Of a DNA stretch of 64,000 nucleotides, positions 56,712 to 64,000 are shown piece by piece. The notes beneath the pieces are model-generated. The model was not told the origin of the DNA and did not search any database. It saw only the letters and a list, made by a program, of their open reading frames with translations. The stretch comes from Methanobacteriota archaeon (GTDB taxonomy: Archaea; Thermoplasmatota; Poseidoniia; Poseidoniales; Thalassarchaeaceae): the NCBI GenBank assembly GCA_016845365.1, contig JAERST010000003.1:8961-72960 (forward strand), in the 5' to 3' direction. Each line of letters begins with the position of its first letter. Positions within the stretch are counted from its first letter, which is position 1. The translations under genes and the position numbers were made by a program.

Positions 56712-57725
56712 TCACTCGACGCTAAGCACTTCTGGACCACCCTCAGTAATCCAAACCGTGTGCTCGAACTGACCAATCATTCCACGATCTTCACAGCGCA
56801 GGGCAGCATAAGTCTCGAGGAAACGAATCGAAATCAGCTTCTTCGTCAACGCATTCCACTTCTTTCGCAGCGTCTCCTGCTCCTCGCCAGGGAATGGCTT
56901 CTCGAGGAGCGGGTATGCCCAGCGCTCGGCGAAAGGCAGAGTGTGATAACGCTCCTCGATATAGCGAGCCATCGTTGCACCGAGCGGCTTTAGCTTGCCC
57001 TTCGACATCGCCTTTCGAATGGTGATATCACCGGTGACGCGGAAGATATTGCTCGAATGAGCGGGAGGGATATTCTCGATCATCCCGCTCTTACCAGTGG
57101 TGTTGAACGGCTCGACCGCGTACACCGAACCAAGTTCGACTCCACCCTTGAAGCCCATGCTGTCAGCACCGCACGCGTATGATGGAATCGAGGTTCCAGC
57201 GTGCAGATTCCAGCGCTTCAATTCGTGTCCGCACAAATTGCGAATCGGCTCGAACCCAGCATCGGTGTGAACCTGTTCGGCCGCAGCACCGACCTCATGC
57301 CAAGGCGTTCCCGGATGCATCTTCTCAATCGATGCATCCCTCGCTTCTCGCGCCGCCGTGATTTGCTCGGTGTGATTTCCACCATTTCCAACTTCGATTG
57401 TCATCGCGTTGTCGGCGAGAGCCCCAGCGATATGCACGCCGACATCGAGTTTGACGAGGTCACCCTTCTGGAAAACCATCTCCCCCTCGAAGCCATCAGG
57501 AGGCGTCAAACGAGAATCCGCTGTGTAATGAGCGGCTATATCGTTGACCGAGATGGTGACCGGGAATGCAGGTGTCCCACCATGTCGACGGATGAAGCGT
57601 TCAGCTGAGTCAATCACTTCGTCCCAAGCTTTGCCAGCGACGATTTCGCCATTAATTCCTTCAAGCGTACGTCGGGCTACATGTCCGGCGTCTCGCCATT
57701 GTTTGAGATCTGATTCTTCCACCAT
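56712..57725 (-). CDS. map: Type 2 methionine aminopeptidase
   Basis: VNDIAAHY, DVGVHIAGALADNAMT, HELKRWNLHAG, FEHTVWIT metal-ligand context. Confidence 0.9.
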   Translation of the reverse strand: MVEESDLKQWRDAGHVARRTLEGINGEIVAGKAWDEVIDSAERFIRRHGGTPAFPVTISVNDIAAHYTADSRLTPPDGFEGEMVFQKGDLVKLDVGVHIAGALADNAMTIEVGNGGNHTEQITAAREARDASIEKMHPGTPWHEVGAAAEQVHTDAGFEPIRNLCGHELKRWNLHAGTSIPSYACGADSMGFKGGVELGSVYAVEPFNTTGKSGMIENIPPAHSSNIFRVTGDITIRKAMSKGKLKPLGATMARYIEERYHTLPFAERWAYPLLEKPFPGEEQETLRKKWNALTKKLISIRFLETYAALRCEDRGMIGQFEHTVWITEGGPEVLSVE

Positions 57726-58321
57726 GTCAGAACCTCATTTTTGGCAATCAATCCCTCTCTCAGCACCTCTATGCTCGCGCGTTCGGGTACATCACAGACC
57801 GAATGCCACGCTATCAACGTACTGGGTGCCCCTCCGGGGGTCTCTCCTGCTACCAAACCCACTTCGTGACCTGCTTCGCGCAGAGTTTCGGCGGCTGCTT
57901 CGCAGGTGGCTGCGGGGGCGGTTCCGCTGATGTTGGCGGAGGTTGCTGTCAGCGGTCCGGTGGCCCGCAGCAGGGCTTTTGCGGTTGGGTGAGCGACGAC
58001 TCGGATGGCGATTTTATCTGTGCCGAGTCGCGCGTCGAGGGCTTCCTTTGCGGGTAGGATGAGGGTTAGGGAGCCCTCGGGAAAATCTGAGAGGATTTTG
58101 GGGATGTCTGGTGTGAGTTCGACAAGCGTTGCCGCTTGTTCGAGGTCCGCCACGCCGATGCTTACGGGCATGTGGGCTGGGCGGTTTTTGATGGCGTAGA
58201 GTTGGTCGAGGGCGGCTGGGGTTGGGAGGCAACCGAGGGCTGGTTGGGTTGTTGTTGGGTAGACGATGCACTCGCCGTTTCGGGCGAGATTGAGGGCATC
58301 GTCTGGGATGGAGTCCGCCAT
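57677..58321 (-). CDS. L-threonylcarbamoyladenylate synthase, YrdC/TsaC-only form
   Basis: YPTTTQPALG, KNRPAHMPVSIGV, TATSANISG, PSTLI. 214 aa without a Sua5 C-terminal domain. The 3' end overlaps the map start by 49 nt. Confidence 0.85.
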   Translation of the reverse strand: MADSIPDDALNLARNGECIVYPTTTQPALGCLPTPAALDQLYAIKNRPAHMPVSIGVADLEQAATLVELTPDIPKILSDFPEGSLTLILPAKEALDARLGTDKIAIRVVAHPTAKALLRATGPLTATSANISGTAPAATCEAAAETLREAGHEVGLVAGETPGGAPSTLIAWHSVCDVPERASIEVLREGLIAKNEVLTWWKNQISNNGETPDM

Positions 58322-58330
58322 GCTTCTGCC

Positions 58331-58906
58331 TCAACGGATGTGCTTGCGGTTGGCTGGGGGTAGAGAATTCGCGTGCGCTACGATTGAGCCAACGTGGAGG
58401 TCGATGTTAGATTGGTGTGTGTGGCGCTTGGCTATTCTGTTGAGCTCGCGGATTCCTTGGATGATATTGAGAACTGGGATTAGGAAAACGAGTTTTCGGG
58501 CGGCTCGCTCGTCCCACATTTGGCTGGTCATCGCCGAGCCGTCCTCTGCGAGGACTGCGAGGCCGAACATGCGCTGACCGAGGGAGCGAGAGAAGCGCAG
58601 TCCTGTGAGTCGCCAGTAGAGCCAATGGGAAATGAGTAGAATCGCGGCCATGGCGAGGGCGTAGTGGAAGTCTGGCGAGGACCAAAGTGTGAGGTTCCAG
58701 GCATTCATGATTTGCCAGCGTGTTGCGACCATTAGGATGGTTGTTACGATGACAATATCGACGCTCAGTGCAGCGGTTCTGCGAACTCCTGAGGCGAGGA
58801 TTGTGCCTTCGGGAACCGGCCAGTGGCCACCCTCTTCGGCGCTGAGAATCTGCTTTGCGAGAGTGCCGCCGCCCTGCAGGGAGATGGGTGAGTCGTGGTC
58901 AGCCAT
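58331..58906 (-). CDS. RDD family membrane protein
   Basis: Three hydrophobic helices with an RRTAALSVD...WRLTG pattern. The ATG at 58906 avoids overlap with the helicase gene. Confidence 0.6.
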   Translation of the reverse strand: MADHDSPISLQGGGTLAKQILSAEEGGHWPVPEGTILASGVRRTAALSVDIVIVTTILMVATRWQIMNAWNLTLWSSPDFHYALAMAAILLISHWLYWRLTGLRFSRSLGQRMFGLAVLAEDGSAMTSQMWDERAARKLVFLIPVLNIIQGIRELNRIAKRHTHQSNIDLHVGSIVAHANSLPPANRKHIR

Positions 58907-58914
58907 GTGCTTCC

Positions 58915-60909
58915 TCAAGCCATCCCGAGAATGTGCCACGCCTCAAGGTTGCGACTGCGGATATGTGCCAACCACGCTGCCCAAATCTCGTCATTGCGCA
59001 GCGTGTCGGGGTCGCCGATTACGATGAGGCCGCGGCGCGCTCTGGTGAGTGCGACGTTGAGGCGACGAGGGTCGGCGAGGAATCCGATGTTTCCGTCAGG
59101 GTTGGAGCGCACGCATGAGAAGATGATGACCTCCTTTTCGCGGCCTTGGTAACCGTCTACGGTTCTGACCTCAACCGCCTCGTTGCGTTCGGGGATTGCG
59201 TCGCGGATGGCTCTTACTTGTCCCGCGTAGGGGGTGATGATTCCGATGTCTGATTGGTCGAGGTCGCCCGCTTCGAGTAAGCCGTCTAGGATGCGGGCGA
59301 CCCAGCCGGCTTCGGCTGGGTTTTCTTTCGATGCGCCGTCGGGTGAGAGTAATTCGTCGCCGTTGACTGGTAGGAATGCGATCGGTACTTCCCAATCATT
59401 CCACAGTAGGCCTGCTGGATTGGGTCGTTCAGCTGCTGAAACTCCGTCGATGAGGCGGCCATCGTAGAATGTCTGATTTGGAAATTCGGAGATTGCTGGG
59501 TGCATTCTGTATTGGGTGTCGAGAAGGATTGGTTCTATTCCCATAGCGACTAATCTCTCGAATAGAGAGCGGCGCAGTCCGCCGTTTTCGGCGCGCCGGC
59601 TGATGACTGTTGGAGGGAGTTGACGATGGTCGCCGACGAGGACAACTTGGCGGGCGCCGCGGACTAGAGGAACGAGGCTCGCGGGTTCGGTTGCTTGTGT
59701 CGCCTCGTCGAGGAGGACACGCGAGAATCTACGGCCATCGAGAAGGTCGTGGCCGACTCCGATACAGGTGCAGCAGAGGACTTGAGCGCGCTCGAGAATA
59801 TCGTCGCGCATCTGTCTCTCGATTCGGCGCACCTCCTTCCAACCACGATTCAGATCACGGTGCGCCAATCCCTTCTCCTTGCCCTTCATTCCGGGGATTC
59901 GGCGGGCTAATTTTTCGTTCAGTTCGAGGTGTTCTTCGAGGTCTCGCCGTAATGGGTGAATTTCCATTTGGGCATCGACGGTGGCCTCGCGCAAATTCTC
60001 TCGAACTTTGACCGGTTGACCGAGGCGAACGGCGCGAACGCCGAGAGAGAGAAGCCCCTCGAGCAAATTGTCGACTGCGACGTTTGAATCAGCGACGGCG
60101 AGAATGGTTCCAGTGTCTTGGCTGGACCATGATTGTAGGATGCGGACCGCCGTGTGAGTTTTGCCTGTCCCCGGCGGTCCTTGAATCAAGGTAAGACGCT
60201 GATTAATCGCCGCCTCACAAGCCTTCGATTGAGACTCGTTCAACCCCTCCGGCCGGCTCGCAGGGCGTCGATTTGCCCCTCCGAGTTCCGGCCCAAGTCC
60301 AGCCGTACCAACGGGGTCGTGAACGGTGCCGAGCAAGAGGTCGCGAAGCGGGGCTCCGCCCTCCTCTTCGAAGAGTGAATTTAGGGCGTCGCGCATGCGG
60401 TCGAAGGCGACTTTATTCGCTGCCCTATCGATACGCCAATGACCGCTGCGAACACCGCTCGGCAATTCTGGTAAAACGATGCGAATCCGATTGCGCGAGC
60501 GGTCCGAGACAATCGCTTCAATCGGCCTCTCGCCGATTGGATCGCCCCGACTCAGCATCACAATATCGCCTTGGCGAAAGCGATGCGAGCCCAAATCAGC
60601 GCGTCCATCGAGCTGCAATTTGACGATGCGCTGACCGAATAACCAACCATCAGGACGCGCCCTCAAATCGAATAGAGCAAGGCCGTGAGCTGCAAGTTTT
60701 GCTCGCGACCAATTCCGCAACCGCTCCTCGGTCGCGTCCAATTCATCATCCAATTCCCATCGAATCAGCCGCATGTAGGCTTCGTGATGATCCTGGCTGC
60801 GAGTGAACCTCGCTGGGAGTCCACCATCTGAGTCCGAAGACCTGCCATGCGAGTCCACGAACGCTCTCCGGAGAACCCCGCTCATCACGTTTCGCCAGCC
60901 CAAGTTCAC
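58915..60909 (-). CDS. Superfamily 1 helicase, Upf1/DNA2-like (AAA_11/AAA_12)
   Basis: GPPGTGKTHT Walker A, VLLDEATQA, GDHRQLPP, VDGYQGREKEVIIFS, NVALTRAR. Confidence 0.85.
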   Translation of the reverse strand: MNLGWRNVMSGVLRRAFVDSHGRSSDSDGGLPARFTRSQDHHEAYMRLIRWELDDELDATEERLRNWSRAKLAAHGLALFDLRARPDGWLFGQRIVKLQLDGRADLGSHRFRQGDIVMLSRGDPIGERPIEAIVSDRSRNRIRIVLPELPSGVRSGHWRIDRAANKVAFDRMRDALNSLFEEEGGAPLRDLLLGTVHDPVGTAGLGPELGGANRRPASRPEGLNESQSKACEAAINQRLTLIQGPPGTGKTHTAVRILQSWSSQDTGTILAVADSNVAVDNLLEGLLSLGVRAVRLGQPVKVRENLREATVDAQMEIHPLRRDLEEHLELNEKLARRIPGMKGKEKGLAHRDLNRGWKEVRRIERQMRDDILERAQVLCCTCIGVGHDLLDGRRFSRVLLDEATQATEPASLVPLVRGARQVVLVGDHRQLPPTVISRRAENGGLRRSLFERLVAMGIEPILLDTQYRMHPAISEFPNQTFYDGRLIDGVSAAERPNPAGLLWNDWEVPIAFLPVNGDELLSPDGASKENPAEAGWVARILDGLLEAGDLDQSDIGIITPYAGQVRAIRDAIPERNEAVEVRTVDGYQGREKEVIIFSCVRSNPDGNIGFLADPRRLNVALTRARRGLIVIGDPDTLRNDEIWAAWLAHIRSRNLEAWHILGMA

Positions 60910-61042
60910 CCCTGTGGCAACCCCAAGTTCCCCCCCTCGTCAAACAGGTGTGAGTATGCTGCGTGAAGTCCGCCGTTTACAACGGCGGGTGAGGGTTATA
61001 CGCAGAACACGGCCGAACGGGCCCGTCTGTGGAGGCTGGGCC

Positions 61043-62551
61043 ATGGTATTTGACAAGTTCAAAAATTGGCGGAAGGGGGCGGTCGGACCGACCGTTGAGT
61101 GTCCACTTTGTCACACCCCAAACCCGGAGGATGCCAGCGAATGTTCGCAGTGCATGTACCAATTAGGCAAGGCTGCCTTTGAGCAGGTCGCCGCGGTTGA
61201 CGATGAGGAAGCGGGCAGCCTATTCGACGAACTGCTCGCCGATTTCGATGATGATGAAGAGGAGGAAGTCATCGATTGGTCGAAGGGAACTTTCACCATG
61301 GACGATGTTACAATCGACGTCGAACAATACGGCGACGGGGACGGAATCAAGCTCAGCGCGAACCCAACTTTTGCGATGACCGTCGACCATCCAGACCCCG
61401 TCGAAGAGGACGAGGGAGACTACGAACTCACTGCGGCGGATGCGCCTGAGTTCGTGACTAAATTTGAGATGCCCGAGACCGAGGAAGAGCCTCTTGAGGA
61501 AGTTCAGCCTCAGCAGATTGAATTGGTTCAACCGACCGCTGAGGCTGCGGAAAATGTTGAGGTCGTAGCGGCGGATGCAATTCCTGACCGTAACGGCTCG
61601 AGGTCGGCATCCAAGCCAGCGCCGAAGGCCAAGCCAGAGCCGAAGCAGGCAGAGGAGCCTGCGGTCGAGGCAGCCGCTGAGCCGGTGGCTGAGCCCGAGC
61701 TTGAGACCGAGCCGGAGACAACCGTCGAGGCCGAACCCGAAGCGGAGGCGGAGGAAGATCCTGAATCAGCCGGAGAGCCGGCAGAAATCACAGAAGAATC
61801 TCTACTCTCTCTGAAGAAGGTCGAATTGGTCGAAATGGCCGAGGAAGCCGGCCTTTCCACCTCGGGGACCAAGGCAGAACTCGCCGAGAGAATCATCGCT
61901 GGTCCTCAGGAAGAGGAAGCGCCGGCTGAGCCCGAACCAGAGGTTGAGGCCGAAGCAGAAGTCGAGGAAGTGGCTGAACCTGAGCCTGAGTCGGAGCCGG
62001 AGTCAGAACCCGAGACCGAACCCGAACCTATGCCGGCGCCTCCAATCGTCGTCCCTGCCGCACCGGCTGGAATGCCACCACCACCTCCAGTCGCAGCCCG
62101 CGCCGTCGACCCGATGGACGCAGCATTCGACGGCAAGCAAGAGATTCCTCTGGCCAAAGCAAATGCGGTCATGGATCGGCCGACCCCGCCGCGAATCCCG
62201 AAGATTCCCAAGATGCCACATATCGCCGAAGCAAATGCGGCTCTCAATACTGCAGAGAACAATGGCTACTGGCCTTGGCCACAACAGGACGAGTGGTCAA
62301 ATCGCGATGTTGCGATGAAGATCAAGGAGGCCATGGAGGCTGCGAAGCGACGCGACGTGGCCCAAGTTACTGTGCTTCTTGACGAGGTTGGGCCACACTT
62401 GGGAGAGCGCACCAAATTGCTCTATCCAATCGGTGCGCTCTTGCAAAGAATCGGCCGCGCATCAGCCGTCGACAAAATGATTGCAGCAGCGGTCAAAGCT
62501 CAGCCCGATGACCAACAAGTCAAGACGGCGAAGGCAAAATTGCGTCCGTGA
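61043..62551 (+). CDS. Zinc-ribbon / acidic / SAP(HeH)-motif protein
   Basis: CPLCHTPNPEDASECSQC ribbon. Long E/P/A low-complexity acidic stretches. LLSLKKVELVEMAEEAGLSTSGTKAELAERII SAP-like motif. Helical C-terminal domain. Confidence 0.6.
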   Translation: MVFDKFKNWRKGAVGPTVECPLCHTPNPEDASECSQCMYQLGKAAFEQVAAVDDEEAGSLFDELLADFDDDEEEEVIDWSKGTFTMDDVTIDVEQYGDGDGIKLSANPTFAMTVDHPDPVEEDEGDYELTAADAPEFVTKFEMPETEEEPLEEVQPQQIELVQPTAEAAENVEVVAADAIPDRNGSRSASKPAPKAKPEPKQAEEPAVEAAAEPVAEPELETEPETTVEAEPEAEAEEDPESAGEPAEITEESLLSLKKVELVEMAEEAGLSTSGTKAELAERIIAGPQEEEAPAEPEPEVEAEAEVEEVAEPEPESEPESEPETEPEPMPAPPIVVPAAPAGMPPPPPVAARAVDPMDAAFDGKQEIPLAKANAVMDRPTPPRIPKIPKMPHIAEANAALNTAENNGYWPWPQQDEWSNRDVAMKIKEAMEAAKRRDVAQVTVLLDEVGPHLGERTKLLYPIGALLQRIGRASAVDKMIAAAVKAQPDDQQVKTAKAKLRP

Positions 62552-62654
62552 AATCATAGAATATCGCTCAATTACTCTCCCGCAATCATCCGCAGTCGTA
62601 ATGCGGGAGCGCGCCAGCCGATTGGATATGCAGCGGCGCGCGACGACGACCATC

Positions 62655-63212
62655 ATGGTCGACGAGGAGTTAGTGATGCGCCCAGCGAATGCCACGCACA
62701 CACGCACCTTACTCGAGGCATTCGAAGAGACTTGGCCCGAGGTTAGTCGAGCCATGCCGTGGATACTTCCAGAGCATGAAATAGAGCCACAAATTGCTGA
62801 ATTTCTCGACGAAACCGAGCGTACGGGCCGGGTAGGAAGAATGCATCACTGGGTGCTGATTCGACCGTGGGATGAAGCGGTTCTGGGCCTACTCGGATTC
62901 GATCGGGTTACTCGCTCAGCCGAAGCCGAGTGGAACCTTGGTTATTGGGTCAGATCTTCTGAGCAGCGCAGAGGCATCGCCGGTCGTGCAATCGAAGCCT
63001 CCCTGCGCTGGCTCGGCGACCTTGAGCCGGTCGATGTTGAACTCAAGGTCGACCCGAAAAATGCTGCAGGAAAGCGAACCGTCGAGCGCACCGTGCGCCA
63101 ATGGGGGGGAAGTCGGTGCGTCTCGGGAGATTCGGCAATTACAGTCGCCGGAGTCCGAACCCCCCACGAATGCCATCTCATCTCAATCGGTCCCGATACT
63201 GGACCAAGATGA
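62655..63212 (+). CDS. GNAT family N-acetyltransferase (RimJ/RimL-like)
   Basis: [26 protein letters not shown] acetyl-CoA binding motif. Start uncertain (62601 or 62655). Confidence 0.75.
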   Translation: MVDEELVMRPANATHTRTLLEAFEETWPEVSRAMPWILPEHEIEPQIAEFLDETERTGRVGRMHHWVLIRPWDEAVLGLLGFDRVTRSAEAEWNLGYWVRSSEQRRGIAGRAIEASLRWLGDLEPVDVELKVDPKNAAGKRTVERTVRQWGGSRCVSGDSAITVAGVRTPHECHLISIGPDTGPR

Positions 63213-63286
63213 CCGCCTCATACAGACGCGACCATTCAAAACACCCAATCGAGTCCGATGACCTGCCCAAAGGGCAGGTGTCAGCG

Positions 63287-64000
63287 ATGTCGGTCAATCA
63301 CAGACAGCGTCTTCCCGACATCGACCCCGAAGAGACCGACGAGTGGTTGGAGGCTCTGCGAAACGTCGTCGATGCACAAGGAATCGAGCGAGCTCGCATC
63401 TTGCTCCACGAACTACTCGCCGAGTCGCAAGACCTCGATATCGCAATTAGGTCAGCCAGCCAAACCCCCTACGTCAACACCATTCCGTGGGACCAACAAG
63501 CCCCCTATCCGGGCGACCTCGACCTTGAGCGAGAAGTCCAGAATGCAATCCTCTGGAACTCGGCCCTAATGGTCTCAGATGCCAACCGCCGCCTCGATGG
63601 AATCGGTGGACACATCTCCACCTACGCCTCCTCCTCAACAATCTACGAGGTCGGCTTCAACCACGTCTTCCGTGGCAAGGATAGCAACGGAATCGGCGAT
63701 GCGCTCTACATCCAAGGCCACGGCAGCCCCGGGATTTACGCCCGAGCCTTCCTCGAGGGGCGACTCACCAGAGAACAACTCGCTAACTTCCGCCAGGAAG
63801 CCTTTGCAGACGGGCTCTCATCCTACCCGCATCCCCGTCTGATGTCCGAATTCTGGGAGTATCCAACGGTCTCGATGGGGCTCGGACCACTCTCGGCAGT
63901 CATGCACGCGCGCTTCTGGAAATACCTCCACAATCGCGGCCTCGCAGACACCTCCGAATCCACCGTCTTCACCTTCCAAGGCGATGGCGAGATGGACGAG
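63287..64000 (+). CDS. aceE: Pyruvate dehydrogenase E1 component, homodimeric AceE type (3' truncated by window end)
   Basis: Not in the ORF track because no stop is reached. I translated the frame from 63209. It gives [12 protein letters not shown]..., [83 protein letters not shown]. It may alternatively start at 63209 (ATGA overlap with the GNAT stop). Confidence 0.9.
   Translation, partial: MSVNHRQRLPDIDPEETDEWLEALRNVVDAQGIERARILLHELLAESQDLDIAIRSASQTPYVNTIPWDQQAPYPGDLDLEREVQNAILWNSALMVSDANRRLDGIGGHISTYASSSTIYEVGFNHVFRGKDSNGIGDALYIQGHGSPGIYARAFLEGRLTREQLANFRQEAFADGLSSYPHPRLMSEFWEYPTVSMGLGPLSAVMHARFWKYLHNRGLADTSESTVFTFQGDGEMDE

Overview
This 64 kb window is densely coding, with about 60 genes, one tRNA, no rRNA, no CRISPR array and no transposase or integrase. 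It looks like a chromosomal segment of a high-GC archaeon. My inference from gene content alone is a marine planktonic Thermoplasmatota / Marine Group II-like organism.

Archaeal hallmarks are the DNA polymerase D large subunit (35142-39110), primase large subunit PriL, an Nre repair protein with a C-terminal PIP box, archaeal phosphopantothenate synthetase, DUF373, an MptE-like kinase, deoxyhypusine synthase, and TATA-like boxes about 25 nt upstream of ATG codons (leaderless mRNAs). Several clearly bacterial-type genes sit among them: MetK, an ABC-F ATPase, homodimeric-type AceE, and a BolA/Grx4 pair.

Most of the window is ordinary housekeeping. Three things stand out:
1. An AT-rich island of about 4 kb (about 46.0-50.1 kb). 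It encodes a membrane protein with an N-terminal CxxCH motif plus two transmembrane helices that each carry H-x13-H. This is a candidate heme c / di-heme b electron conduit. It is translationally coupled to a hyper-acidic exoprotein. Next to it are a divergently transcribed small membrane protein and double-wHTH regulator behind a 37-bp palindrome, and a ferritin-like/VIT1 iron transporter.
2. A spacer of about 0.9 kb between convergent genes (42510-43407). It is extremely A-poor on the + strand. It carries a reiterated TCCGGTTCT motif, four CCGAAG sites (C(UUCG)G loops on the - strand) and many hairpins. It may be a large structured or protein-binding ncRNA.
3. A class II fumarase with an N-terminal ribbon-helix-helix DNA-binding extension.

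All functional calls come from my reading of the supplied translations. No database search or computation was run, and the composition figures are estimates by eye.
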